Origin: Octopus vulgaris
Taxonomy: Eukaryota
Reading direction: 5' to 3'
DNA: 64,000 nucleotides
Assembly: GCA_951406725.2 (NCBI GenBank)
Contig: OX597829.1
Span: 38,874,001-38,938,000, forward strand
Shown piece by piece: positions 42,741 through 56,144 of this stretch (the stretch's first letter is position 1; each line of letters begins with the position of its first letter). Below the pieces are notes generated by a model. It did no database searches. It worked only from the letters and a program-made list of their open reading frames with translations, and was not told the DNA's origin. The position numbers and the translations under genes are program-made.

Positions 42741-44692
42741 AGCCTATCACCATTGCTGTTTGTGATTTGAATGATACTCCTCACACACATACTACGGAAA
42801 GTGACATCAGGTTACACCAGGAAAAGTGGAGAAAAATTAAATCACTTGTTATATATGGATGGCTTAAAGACCTTCAGGAAGACCAAATATGAAATAAATG
42901 GTCTGGTTTCAACAGTGCAGATATTCAGTAAGGATATCAGGATAGAATTTGGTGAGCTGGCAGAAACATTAGCATGCCGGACGAAATGCGTAGCCACATT
43001 TCGTCTGTCGTTACGTTCTAAGTTCAAATTTCACCGAGGTCGACTTTGCCTTTCATCCTTTCGAGGTCGATAAATTAAGTACTAGTTACGCACTGGGTTC
43101 AATGTAATCAACTTAATTCATTTGTCCTTGTTTGTCCCCTCTATGTTTAGCCCCTTGTGGGTAATAAAGAAACAGATATCAGGATGGAATTTGGAATTTA
43201 AGAATGTGGTATGCTTATCATAAAAAAAGAAGGCAAGTAGTGTTGTCTGATGGTGTAGAACTACCCAATGGTAAAAAAAAATCAATAAAGTTGAGATTGA
43301 TGGATATTAGAATCTGGAGAGTGAGATGAAGGAAAGCTTTAGGTGAGAATATCTCAGAAGAACCAAATTAATCATGAGAAACAGACTCAATGAAAAGAAC
43401 AAGATCAGAGCAATGAATACATGGGCTGTTTCCTTAATATGATAGAGCACAGGTGTTGTTAGGTGGACAAAGAACAAGCTTGAGGAAATGGATAGAAAAA
43501 CTAGAAAAGTTATGATAATGAACAAGGAACTGCATCTGAAAAGCAATATTGATAGACTAAATGTGCCTAGGAACAAAGGATGAAGAGACTTCATAGGATG
43601 TAAGATGTGTTGTCAATGAGAAGAACAGTCTTAGTTCACCAAACAGCAGGGGAGGACCCTTGATGGTCACTGTTAGAAATTAGAAATAACACGATGACTA
43701 CTGAAAATATGACACACCCAAAAGCATTTAAGAAATAAGATGGAGAACATATAATAAACAACTGAAAAATGAAAACAATGCATGGGGAATACCCCAAAGA
43801 AATTAAAGGGCAAGACAAGACCAACACTTGGAGATGGCTAAGAAAATGTAATCTGAAAGGAGGCATTAATATGCAGTGCCCAAAGACAAGCTCTAAAAAC
43901 TAATAAAACCAAGTTCCAAACAGATAAGAGCAGTGGATCACCCATTTGTAGGATGTGTGGCAGCAGAAATGAAACAATCTCACATACTGTAAGTGAGTGT
44001 AGCAAGCTGACCCATGAGCACTTCAAAAGGAGGCACGATAACGTGACTAAGTTTGTTCACTGAAGATTGTGTGAGAAGTAGTCTGGGAAGAGCATGGAAA
44101 TGGTACGCACATGAACCAGAGAACACTAAATATAAGATCCTATATATAAGAACAATATAAGAACAAAAAATATAAGATTTTACAATCCAACATGACTCTC
44201 TAATCAATGCTTGGAGACCAGACATTGTTGTGGTCGATATGGGGGAAAACCGGTAGCCAAGATCATAGACATTGCCATACCTGGTGATGAATGCATAGGT
44301 GACAAAGAACAGGGAAAGGTGGTAAAATACAGACTACTAAAAGATGAAATGGTAAGAATGTAGACAATGAAGAGAGTAATTGCTATCCCAGTAGTTGTAG
44401 GGACACTTGAAATGCTAACAACCAAATTCAAGAAATAAGTTGGAGAAATTTGAATTGACATGAGGGTAGTGCATACCCCAAAAACTGCTCCATTGGGGAT
44501 AGCTAGCATTTTGAGATTAGTGCTTGGGGGTTAGGTATCAACCATAATACTTAACATCCAAGGACCAAGTCTTACAATTTGTGGAAAGAGACCCTGTGAA
44601 ACCCCCTGATAACAGGTTGCTGTCTCTTCTCACAGAATCAACCAGAGTAAGTAAGACCCCAAGCTCTGAGAAGTAAAATATGATAATAATAA
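42741..44692 (+). mobile_element. 5'-truncated Dong/R4-type LINE (RT, CCHC, restriction-like endonuclease), decayed
   Basis: SLSPLLF, HLLYMDGLK, TWRWLRK, CRMCGSRNETISHTVSEC, RPDIVVVD, IIDIAIPGD and KVVKY. The 3' end runs into (TAA)n. A SINE is inserted at about 42951-43175. Confidence 0.85.
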
Positions 44693-44936
44693 TTCCTTTC
44701 TACAGGAAGCACAAGGCCTCAAATTTGGAGAAAGAGATTAAGTTGATTACATCGACCCCAGTGTGTAACTGGTACTTATTAAATTGACCCTGAAAGGATT
44801 GAAAGGCAAAGTTGACCTCAGCGGAATTTGAACTTAGAACATAGTGGTAGATGAAATATCACTAAGCATTTCACCCGGTGTGCTAACAATTCTGCTAGCT
44901 CACCACCTTAATAATAATAATAATGATAATAATAAT

Positions 44937-45300
44937 AACAAGAGCACTCAGAGAACGCAAACCTCCATCAAGGCAACACCAAAACCCTCTCAACGATTAG
45001 TCAGAGATGAGCTTTAAAATGATAATATCTGAAATTCAACAGCTCTCAAAAACGAGAATACTGAAAATGAACCCGGATGCTCTCAAAAATTAAGTAAAAA
45101 AACAGGAAAACTAATCCAGAATCCTTGTCTGGTACTGGATCTATCCCAAAACCCAATTAGTTCATGCCAGTCACAAGGCCAAACATCCCTGAAAGTTTCA
45201 TCTGAATCCATCCAGTGGTTCTTGAGATATCTTGTCCAGGGACAAACAAACAAACAAAACATGACTGAAAACAATACCTCTACCTTCGCTAAGGTAATAA
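44937..45300 (+). mobile_element. Helentron-associated (DINE-1/HINE-like) non-autonomous element
   Basis: Starts AACAAG inside a TAA tract. Core aagtttcat..aatccatccagtggttcttgagatat, (ACAA)n microsatellite, 3' hairpin acct...aggt then aataa. Confidence 0.55.
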
Positions 45301-45589
45301 CAACAATCCTTTCGACTATAGGCACAAGGCCTGAAATTTTGCAGGCAAATGGTTAGTTAATTACATTGATCCCCCAAAAGGATGAAAGGCAAAATTGACC
45401 CTGGAGGAATTTGAACTCAGAATATAAAGACAGGCAAAAATGCCCTGGAGCATTTTGCCCAGCATGCTAACAATTCTGCAAGTTAGCCACTTTAATGATG
45501 ATGATGATCACTACTATTGATTTCAATGTGTGAGTGTTTGAAGGAAAGGATTTATAGAAAAAAGATTAAAAACAAAAGAAGCTGCATCA

Positions 45590-45930
45590 TCTATTTGCGA
45601 TGGATGGGTGAATGTAATTTGAGTCCAGGATTTTACTGTGAAGTCACAATGGGGAAAATGATTTTGATTTTGCCTGCAATTGGACAAATGTGTCTGTTGA
45701 TTGCAGGATAGAATTCTTTTATTGCTCTGTTTCTTCAGTTCCAATTGCTTTGATGCTTCATGACACATTTTATGCCATTTGGATCGATCTAGGCAATAAC
45801 ATTCCCAAGGTGCTAAATTAAACTGTAGGGATTTTAGCGATTGCTTCAACTTATCCTTAAGGGTGGGGTTTCCTTTACTGCAGAATCCCTCTACTTTTTG
45901 ACCATTCAAAAGAATATATAATAATAATTT
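45590..45930 (-). mobile_element. 3' end of an RTE-type LINE
   Basis: LLY..L..G.....G.P.LKDKLKQSLK...WE...LDRSKW. Confidence 0.6.
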
Positions 45931-46128
45931 CAAATTTTGGCACATGGTCAGGAACTTCAGGGGAAATTATACTTCACAGGTATTTATTTTATTGATGCCA
46001 AAAGGATAAAAGGCAAAGATGACCTTGGCAGAATTTCAACATAAAAACAATGAAATGCCACTAAGCACTTTGCTCAGCATGGTAAGAATTTGGCCACCTC
46101 ACCACCTTATAATAATAATAATAATAAC

Positions 46129-46167
<39 letters not shown>

Positions 46168-47738
46168 TAATATTATTATTATCCTTTCTGTTACAGGTGC
46201 AAAGCCTGCTATTTTGGGGTAGAGGACTAGTCAATTTAATTGACCCCAGTGTTTCACTGGTACTTAATTTATCAACTCCAAAAGGTTGAAAGGCAAAGTT
46301 GACTTTGGCAGAATTAGAACTCAGAGTGTAGTAGCAGAAGAAATACCGATAAGCATTTTGTCTGGTGTGCTAACGATTCTGCCAGCTCACCACCTTAATA
46401 ATAAAATAATAATAATAATAATGATAATTTTTTCAGATTTTGCCACAAGGGCAACCATTTTAGGGGAGGGAATGCATCGATTACATCAACCCCAGTGTTC
46501 AACTGGTACTTATTTTATTGACCCTGAAAGGATGAAAGGCAAAGTCGACCTTGGTGGAATTTGAACTCAGAATGTAGCGGCAGACAAAATGCTGATAAGC
46601 ATTTCACCCAATATGCTAATGATTCTGCCGGCTCACCACCTTAATAATAATCCTTTCCACTAAAGGCACAAGGCCTGAAATTTGGGAAGAGGGGACTAGT
46701 CAATTACATTGACCCCCAGTACATGATTGGTACTTATTTAATCGACTCCGAAAGAATGAAAGGCACCTTAATAATAATAATAATAATTATTATTATTTAA
46801 TGTCCATTTTCCATGCTGGCATGGGTTCAACAGCTTGACTGGAACTGGCAAGCCAGAGAGTCATACAAGGTTCCAGTTTGATTTGGCATGATTTCTACAG
46901 CTAGGTGCCCTTTCTAACGCCAAATAATAATAATAATACCTTAACCAATTGGGCATGTCCCTTAGTGGCTGACAATATGTGCATCTCTGATCACGAGCAG
47001 AAGTAGTGGGAGAGCATCATAGCCACGTGTTAAGAGGAATTCTTTGGGGTTTGGATAATTCACCTTTGGAAACATGGGTGGTTCATTCAACATCCTTAAA
47101 CAATCCTTATTCAGGGACCTTTTGAGTGGGATGTGTCACTCAACCAGAAGAAAATTCTAACTGGGCCCCCACCTGCAAGGTCATGTGCTGTTTATCTTGA
47201 TATGAGATCACCATGTCGCGCACATATGGTTGTGATGCATGTGCCTGGTGTACCCTTATCAGACGGGTAGTCATGATGGGTATACTGGGCTTTGTATATT
47301 TTACCCCAGTGTCACTTTGATGGCATGCACTGCTCTCTCGCATAATAATAATAATTAATTTTTTTTATTTTCTACAAGGGCAATGAATGAAATGTTTCAT
47401 AGCAGAAGCCTAATGTCACCAGGAGGTGTTTGAATCACTGCTCTACCAAGGCTTCAACCAACCCACCAGCTAACCCAAAATATCTTTGTATATTTAGTAA
47501 ATATTTATTTGCTATCCTCCTTTCTGTTTGTTTCAGTTTAGATACTGAAGAAAAGATGGAGTTGTTCCAACTATAATATTCTCACAAGTGTCAATTTAAT
47601 TACAGTTATTTATTATAAGGCTTAGAAAAATACCAAGTTTTTTTAGATTCAAGATTAAGTTGAAGAGTGAGGGTGAAGCAGGCCATTCTATAAATGACAA
47701 AACTGCATATATAGCTTAATGGTGTCAAAAATAAGTTC

Positions 47739-47790
<52 letters not shown>

Positions 47791-48395
47791 ACACATTTTG
47801 TAATAAGTAGTTGGAAAGGAAGTAATCTTAAGAAGTTCTTTTTCACTACCTCTCTCTCTCCTCAGCTCATTCTCTCTCTCTCACATACACACATTCTCTT
47901 TGCACATTTGTTACAGTAACAAACAAAAATAATTTCACTATAAACAACCACCACAAGAGTAAGAAAACAATGTTCTAACAGTTCTTACAACATTTTAGTA
48001 AAAGGTGTATGTGCATGTGTGTCCATATACCCATTCAAAGACAGACAGACACACACACAAACTGAGGTCTCCTTGTGGCTCGCGAGAGTATGCATTTGCT
48101 CCTGGAAAGTTTTTTTGCCAAAAAGCAATTCTAAGCAAGACTTTTTTTTTGTTTTGTTTCATGGGAGACTAACAGTTATCTATGTATTCAAGTCTGCCAT
48201 CTCCATGCCACCATTGTTGTGCAAAGGAAATACAAAAGGCTGTACAGTTTGGCATTCATGTTGTTACAAGACACTTCTATCAGAATGCTGCAAGAGTTCC
48301 TGTTTGACACTAACAATTTCTCTAAGCCACTGTTTCTTTATTTTATCAACCCCAGATGGATGAAAATTAAAGATGAATATGATGGTTCATGGATC

Positions 48396-49157
48396 TGAAT
48401 GGTAAGATAATGTCACCATCATTAGTGATCACTCCAAACACAATCATGTTGCCTGAATGTTTGATTTTTATCACTCTCAGTACATGTTTTGCGGGGCACA
48501 GCAAGTCAATGGCCGTTCTGTGTGTTCACCACCTGATCCTGATAGAAATTTTTCTAATCTGAGAAAAACCAAAGCATGTTTGGTTGGAGAGGATACAAGA
48601 ATTTGTTCAGAAGTTTCATAGTACAGTCTCTCCTCTTGTCCTTGGTGGCTTGGGATAAAAACTGGCCCTTTCTCATCTTGTATGAGGAATACTGAATGTC
48701 TTCATGCACTACCTGCCTGATAAGAAACTCAAACACTCCCATGTTCTTGGCAATGGACTTGATTGTCTTGGAGGGATCATTGTGAATCATAGCCTAGATC
48801 TCACCAACAAATTCTGGGGTTCTTTTCTTATCAGAACAATCAGAGTGAGTTTTCCAAGCTGCCATACCTTCATAATCACCACTAGACTCACCCAACTCTT
48901 TCTGAATCCTCTGCACTGTCCTCAGATTGACAGTCAAACATTGAAGTGTTGGTATTGGAGCTTTTGGCATGAATGCTAAGTAGTACAGCACGTTGTTTCC
49001 AAATTTCTAGCAGACTGAATTGCACCATGGTGCAGTTTTTCTCAGATGGTGCCCAACTGACCCTACTATACTGTGTAGTCAACAAAATCAAAAACAAGCA
49101 ATGCACATGTGTGAAATTAGAAATATAAAATGGCAACAACTTACCCATCGCACCCTA
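48396..49157 (-). mobile_element. N-terminal half of a Tc1/mariner-superfamily DD37D (maT-like) transposon
   Basis: Terminus TA-TAGGGTGCGATGGGTAA, HTH region, WFFSD and IVFGVITNDGDIILPF. Ends abruptly at 48396. Confidence 0.8.
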
Positions 49158-49200
49158 TATATGTGTGTATCTATGTATGTACATACACATGAAGATTATT

Positions 49201-49727
49201 TACATTATTTACATTTGACAAATATTTGTCCTCATCTTGTTTGTTGTTGACACAACATTTCAGCTGATATACCCACCAGCCTTCATCAGGTGTCTTGGGG
49301 AAATTATGAACCTGGGTTCTCATTCCTAAGGTCTTTTTTGATATTATTATTATTATTCAGGTCACTGCCTGGAATCGAACTCAGAATCTTGGGGTTAGTA
49401 GACTGTGCTCTTAACCACTACGCCATATGCCCGTGGACATATGGCGTAGTGGTTAAGAGTGTGGGCTACTAACCCCAAGATTCTGAGTTCGATTCCAGGC
49501 AGTGACCTGAACAACAACAACAACAACAATAACAGCAGCAGCAACTACAACAACAACAGCAGCAGCAACAACAACATTGCAAAATGCCTTAGGAATGAGA
49601 ACCCAGGTTTGAAATTTCCCCAAGACACCTGAAGAAGGCTGGAGGGTATATCAGCAACAAGATGAGGACAAATATCTGTCAAATGTAAATAATGTACATA
49701 ATTCCTCATCTCTTAAATATAGAACTG
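49201..49727. mobile_element. Head-to-head inverted pair of a tRNA-headed element with a hammerhead-bearing tail
   Basis: Centre about 49433. Each arm has A box TGGCGTAGTGG, B box GAGTTCGATTCC, an (AAC/AAT)n tract, then GACAC-CTGA(T/A)GA-AGGCTG...CAGC. Confidence 0.8.
49249..49294 (-). ncRNA. Minimal hammerhead motif
   Basis: GACAC-CUGAUGA-A-GGCUG...CAGCU-GAAA-UGUU|GUGUC, with a 5-bp stem I. Confidence 0.65.
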
Positions 49728-50648
49728 TAATACACATGAATATATGTATGTTGTATGCATGAATGCTCAGCATTTCTCTCATTACCTCATGTATGCAGGC
49801 ATGTGTGTGTGTGTGTATATATATATATATACATATATGTGTGTGTGTGTGTGTGTGAGTGTGTATAAGTATTTACTTTTGCAATAGATACATTTTTCTC
49901 ATTTGTAAGCCAAAATACACAGTGTGCATTTCACTATCATTTAGTGTCTGTATCCCATGATGATGATGGTGTATTTGTGCATGTGTGTGTGGGCAGAGAG
50001 TGGTAAAGGACTAAACACAAAATTTGAATATGATACATATAAAAATAAAGAAAATATAGCGAAATTAAGTACCTGCTCTATGGACCCTTATGGTCCATGA
50101 AATGAGACTAATTAATTTTACTTTTAAGAGACCTCTTCTATGAAGAGGTAAAACTCAAATAATAATCTCTAATTAAATTATGAAAATGTAGAATTGAAAG
50201 GGCTAGTGGTGATTGTGGGGGGAAGGAGGAGGAGGGCTATATAATGTGTTATATGTTTGTATGTGTATGTACATGTGTGATGTTATATTATTGTTTAGAG
50301 AGAGAGAGAGAGGGAGGGAGGGAAAGAGAGATAATATATATAAACACATACACATAGAAAGGGATACATCAGTGTGTGTGTGTGTGTGTATATGCACATA
50401 TTGATACATACATGTATAAAGATAGGGATATATATATATATATCCCTATATACATACACACACACACACATATATGAAAAGATAAAATTCTTTAACATAT
50501 CTGTAACTATAAGTTATATATATATTATGGAGATGTACTTGCATAGCAAGTGACCTGATCTGAGAACATGTGCTGGAACAAAAACAATTGCAGCATGGAA
50601 GGTATTTATAAGCCACCGTTAGATTCACTTCAACATTTAAATTTAATT

Positions 50649-50695
50649 TGCCAAAATATTTCAGTTACTTTGAGACCATGACCTGATCACTGACA
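50649..50695 (-). ncRNA. Hammerhead-like motif with swapped G3-C8 core
   Basis: UGUCA-GUGAUCA-GGUCAU...GUAACU-GAAA-UAUUU-UGGCA. Confidence 0.45.
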
Positions 50696-50830
50696 AAATT
50701 CTGTGCTTGTCAATGGTGGGTTCCAGAAATTCCAAGCCAGAAACTACAGCCTAGAAGACAAGCCTCATCCTGGAAGATCTGCAGATCTTGACAAGGACAA
50801 CCCATACAGGTATAGAAAAATGGGCATTAA

Positions 50831-51051
50831 CCCTTTCGTTACTGTATTTATTTTGAGATGATCTGTGTTTCTTTCAATTACTTTAAATATAACAAAGAAT
50901 TTAGTAAAATAACTTAGTTATCACTAAGCTAGTGTTAGGAACATAAATTATGACTTAGGTTTGGTGGAAGATTTTAATTCAAAACTTATGAAAACAAGAC
51001 ATTTATACTACAGAGCCAAAGTAGGTTTCAGCCGAATTGGTATCGAAAGGT
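50831..51051. mobile_element. piggyBac-like MITE
   Basis: TTAA on both sides; TIR CCCTTTCGTTAC / GTATCGAAAGG(T). Confidence 0.75.
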
Positions 51052-52036
51052 TTAAAAATTGATGATGATGATAATTAGAGGATGATGATGATAATTAGAG
51101 GATGATGATGATGATGAACACTTTAAAAATCTAGTAATCACTCAACTAAGATGTTCCAGCATACATATTTATTTGAAGTAAGTAGTGTGTTTAAGAGCAG
51201 AATACTCCAGAGATGTGGCAAGACTTAATTTCTGGTTCTCTTTGGTCAGTTATAGTTTAGAATTTCTTCTAGTTCCTTGCAACCATTTTCTTTATTGTTG
51301 TGACAATGATAGTTATTTCCTAAATAACCAAAATTCTTCATAGCCTTAACTATGTTTTCCAAAATCTGCAATCTAATAAGTTGAAAGTTCATGGAAGTAA
51401 GAAGTAAAAAAAAAAGGAATTGTTTAAGAAATAAATTAAGTGAAAGCTGTAGTTCAGTTTGTTTTAAAAGCAGACAGTTAATTTGTTATAAGCCTTATAA
51501 TACTGGAAGAATGGTTTCTGGTAACATTAGCAGAATGACTTTATTGTAGCAGAAGAATTGTTGATCTTCCATGGAGGAAATTAACAAGCATCAGATAATG
51601 GTATGTTCTCAAACAATTAATGCTGCATAATGTGGTTTGAAATCTTCTCAAGGTAATTGATGCATGTATGAGAGAGAGAGGGGGGGGAAGAGCTTGCATG
51701 TGTGAGTGTGTAAGTGTAGTGTAGTGTAAACATTGTAGATGCGTTGTGTTGTGTGTTAGAGTTCTTGTGTGAATAATACAAATTTGTGTATGTGTTATAA
51801 TTGTGTGCAAGTACATGTTGCGCCAGTGTACTTGTATCAATGTGTGTGAATGTAAGTGTGAATGCATGTGTTTGTGAGTATTATACAACAAGTGCTTGCA
51901 TATGTGAAAGAGAGAGTGAGAGGGTATTTGAGAATGTATGTGTGTGTGTGTGTGTACACACACGTACATTAGCGTGTCAGTGCAAATGTGCTAAATGCTT
52001 GTATGTGTTTGAGAGTATTATACAAGTGTTTGCATA

Positions 52037-52075
<39 letters not shown>

Positions 52076-53577
52076 GTATTTTAGAATGTGTGTGTGTGTG
52101 TGTACACACATGTACATTAGTGTGTGAATGCAAATGTATGTGCTAAATGCTTGTATGAGTTCATGCATGTGTGAGTGTGTGAATATGTGTTTATATACTT
52201 ACTTATGAATGTGTTTGTGAGGATATCTATGTTTGTATTGTGTGTGTGTGTGTGTGTGTGTGCAAATAAATGAATATGAATAGATTTAGTGTATGTGTGG
52301 AGGGAGGGAGGGGGGAGGGGGTATTTTTGAGAAAGCCAGGAACAAAAGAGTTTGAAGAATGTACTGCTGTGATTGTTGGATTGTCTCAGAAACAATTGAT
52401 GGTGATAGGTAAAAGAGAAAATAACAATCAAAAGAATGATCTTTTGAAACTGTGGTCATCATTTTCTTTATTTTGAATAGAAATTCCTCCAGGAACCACA
52501 GAAGACATTTAATGGGTACTTTCTTTTACTTGTTTCAGTCATTTAGACTGCGGCCGGCCGGCCATGCTACGGCACTGCCTTGAAGAACTTATAATCAAGC
52601 GAATCAACCCCAGTACATATCGTTTTTCTTTTTTAAAACCTGGTACTTATTCTATCAATCTCTTTTGACAAACTGCAAAGTTATGGGGCTGTAAACACAC
52701 CAATATCACTTGTCAAGCAGTGGTAGGGGACAAACAACACACACACACACATACATACAAATGGCTTCTTTCAGTTTCCATCTACCAAATCCACTCTTAA
52801 GGCTTTGGTCAGCCTGAGGCCCTAGTAGAAGACGGGTGCCTAGCACTTCACTAATTACATATATTTTTGTTAGCTCTAATCTGAGGGTATTTGCTCAACT
52901 CATAGCCTTCATAATACTATTGTTCACAAAATGCATGACGTAGCATAATACTTATTTCTTTATTGCCCACAAGAGGCTAAACAGAGAGGGGACAAACAAG
53001 GACAGACAAACGGATTAAGTCGATTATATCGACCCCAGTGCGTAACTGGTACTTAATTTATCAACCCTGAAGGGATGAAAGGCAAAGTTGACCTCGGTGG
53101 AATTTGAACTCAGAACGTAACGGCAGACAAAATACCTCTAAGTATTTCACCTGGCGTGCTAACGTTTCTGCCAGCCCGCCGCCTTTATGCATGACATAGC
53201 ATAATACTGCCAAGGAATGGTGGAACTATAAGCAGTAATTGAAATAGAAGAAAGAATATTGAGCTACTAATTAAAATTGCATCATTATCTTTTACTTGTT
53301 TCAGGTACCACCTTGAAGGGTTTTAGTCGAACAAATCGACCCTAAGACTTTTGCTTTTTAAACCTAGTACTTATACTATTGGTCTCTTTTGCATACGGGA
53401 ATGTAACTTTGTGGTGGTGGGAAACACAGACACAGTGAGAGAGAGAGAGAGAGAGAGATAGACAGACAAAAAGCTTCCTTTGGTGTTTTACACACGCACA
53501 CACACACACGTGTGTGGAGGCACATGGCCTAGTGGTTAGAGCAGCAGACTCGTGGTCGAGGGATTGCGGGTTTGAAT

Positions 53578-53739
53578 CTAACAAAAAATTTAGTAAAATA
53601 ACTTAGTTATCATTCAGCTAGTGATAGGATCATAAATTGTGACTAAGGTTCGGTGGAAGATTTTAATTAAAAACTTATGAAAACAAAACATTTGTAATCA
53701 AAGCCAGAGGTGGTTTCAGCCGGGTTGGTATTGAAAGGG
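53578..53739. mobile_element. Partial copy of the same piggyBac-like MITE
   Basis: Matches 50890-51051; ends GAAAGGG-TTAA. Confidence 0.7.
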
Positions 53740-54904
53740 TTAAAGGCAATAAAAGTGTAAACAGGTAAAACTAAGTGAATAAAATATAAAATAATACTGC
53801 AAAATTCTGGTTTCTTTTAGATGCTCCCTTGTAAACATAAACATGCATACATATGTTGTATGTGTGCACGAGAGAGAGAGAGAGAGGGTTGGAAGCAAAA
53901 CTTCATAAATAATTACTCTGAGTTCTTTGTCTCCAATTTTTAGATGATTATGAAAATCAGGACCGATGATTGCTCCAGTTTGCATTATTGTTCAAAGATC
54001 AAAAGTGAAAAATTTTTAAATAACAATTTGTAAAGTTTCAGCTACCAATATAACAATATATGATAATATAGCCTGTGCCGGTGGTACGTAAAAAGCACCA
54101 TCCGATTGAGGCCGTTTGCCAGCCTCGTCTGGCACCTGTGCCGGTGGCACGTAAAAACACCCACTACACTCACGGAGTGGTTGGCGTTAGGAAGGGCATC
54201 CAGCCATAGAAACATTGCCAGATCAGACAGGGGCCTGGTGCAGCCTTCTGGCTTCCCAGACCCCAGTCGAACCGTCCAACCCATGCTAGCATGGAAAGCG
54301 GACGCTAATAATAAAATTCTATTTTTAGTTTTGAGCACTCTTTTTCATTTACTTTATACACATGGACACACACACACACACAAACTATCTATGTGCATAT
54401 TTGTAGCATGTTTGTATATTAGTTTATATGTGATTGAATGAGCCAGGAAGGACAGGAAAAAGTGAAATAAAATAAGAAAAAAAGATGACTAGGCATACAA
54501 ATGAAATAGAGGAATAAATAAATGAATAAAATGATAATGAGACTAAATAATGAATGAATGGAAGCAAAAATGTTTATGTTGCATGAATGGTACACAAATG
54601 TGTTGTCAGAGGTTGGCTAAGCTTTCAGAGTAGTGCTACACCTCAAGTAGGTGTAAGAGGAGGGAGAGGAAAGGCTTAAGGGTAGGGTATAATAATCCTT
54701 TGAACTATAGACACAGGGTCTGAAATTTTGGGGGAGGGGTAAGTCAATTACATCAACCCCAGTGTTGGTACTTAATTTATCAACCCCAAAAGGATGCAAG
54801 TCAAAGTTGACCTCAACAGAGTTTGAACTCAGAACATAAGGGTTTTTCCAGCAGAGGAATCTACTTGAATGTTTTAAGTGTGAGTCAGACTTTGTGTGTA
54901 AACG

Positions 54905-55080
54905 AGGCGCAGGAGTGGCTGTGTGGTAAGTAGCTTGCTTACCAACCACATGGTTCCAGGTTCAGTTCCACTGCGTGGCACCTTGGGCAAGTGCCTTCTA
55001 CTATAGCCCTGAGCCGACCAAAACCTCGTGAGTGGATTTGGTTGACGGAAACTGAAAGAAGCCAGTCATATATATGCATG

Positions 55081-55114
<34 letters not shown>

Positions 55115-55537
55115 TCATGCTCGGAATGGTCAGTGGCAAGAGAGGAAGAGGCTGACCAAGAACCCACTGGCTTGACACCATCAAGAGTGATACCAGAATG
55201 GACATAGCCAATCTGAAAGAAGCGGCCTAGGATAGAACTGACTGGAGGACACTGATCCATCAAGTAACCGAGAGTCAACTTCAACTGAGTGGATAGATAG
55301 ATAGTATGTGTGTGTGTGTGTGTGTGTATATGTTTGTGTGTGTGTTTGTCCCCTCCCCCCAACATCGCTCTACAACTGATGCTGGTGTGTTTATGTCCCC
55401 GTAACTTAGTGGTTCGGCAAAAGAGACCGATAGAATAAGTACTAGGCTTACATAGAATAAGCCCTGGGGTCGATTTGCTCGACTAAAGGCGGTGCTACAG
55501 CATGGCCAGTCAAATGACTGAAACAAGTAAAAGTAAA
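54905..55537 (+). mobile_element. SINE family A containing the RTE insertion
   Basis: Head AGGCGCAGGAGTGGCTGTGTGGTAAG; tail gactgaaacaagtaaaag. Confidence 0.85.
55113..55304 (+). mobile_element. 3' tip of an RTE (BovB-like) LINE inserted in a SINE microsatellite
   Basis: IMLGMVSGKRGRG*PRTHWLDTIK...DRTDWRTLIHQVTES, then a (GATA)n tail. Confidence 0.75.
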
Positions 55538-56090
55538 ATAGGAAGGGAAAGTCTCTCCACTTTTATTTAGGATTTCTTCATTGTGCATAAATTGCACTTG
55601 CTACATCACTTTTCTTTGTCTGTTTAGTAATGTTCTACTTGATTGTGGTGTTACCATATTTTACGACATCAGTTAACATAGTATATAGTGTAAACATTCA
55701 AACATCAACACTATCTTCGCAAATTGTATTCTCATATCACACAAAACTTTTGCTCCTCTAAACTTGTCTTTATACATAAGTTGGACGATTATTTTTAAAT
55801 GTAAATTTTAGTCTAAAAAATTTGATATTTATGTCAGAAAATATATCCTATGATCCTTTACATTCCCAATAACCTTTGGTATGAGGTGGAGTTGCACTTC
55901 TCTATGTCTAAATAAGACAAGCTGAGTATATTGGTCTTTGAATGTATTCTTTTTCATGAGGCCAATATGTATCTTTTGCCATCATAAGAATATCTAAAAC
56001 ATTAACTATATGCCCCAACTTCTTTTCAAGCATACATCATTCTGAGGGTAGTATTGTGTGGATCTACAATTACACTTATATTAAAATGAG

Positions 56091-56144
<54 letters not shown>

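Larger units (their letters stand above)
44693..46770 (-). mobile_element. Cluster of about 6 co-oriented SINE family B copies separated by (TAA)n
   Basis: Repeated ...aaggatgaaaggcaaagtcgacc..ggaatttgaactcagaa...gattctgccagctcaccacctta-(TAA)n. Other copies at 10735-11100, 14180-14635, 16630-16848, 36893-37342, 42951-43175, 52953-53185 and 54693-54840. Confidence 0.85.

Noticed and set aside
49435-49510. Functional tRNA gene (ACT anticodon)
   Set aside because: The acceptor and T stems pair poorly and there is no poly-T terminator. It is the head of a repeat.
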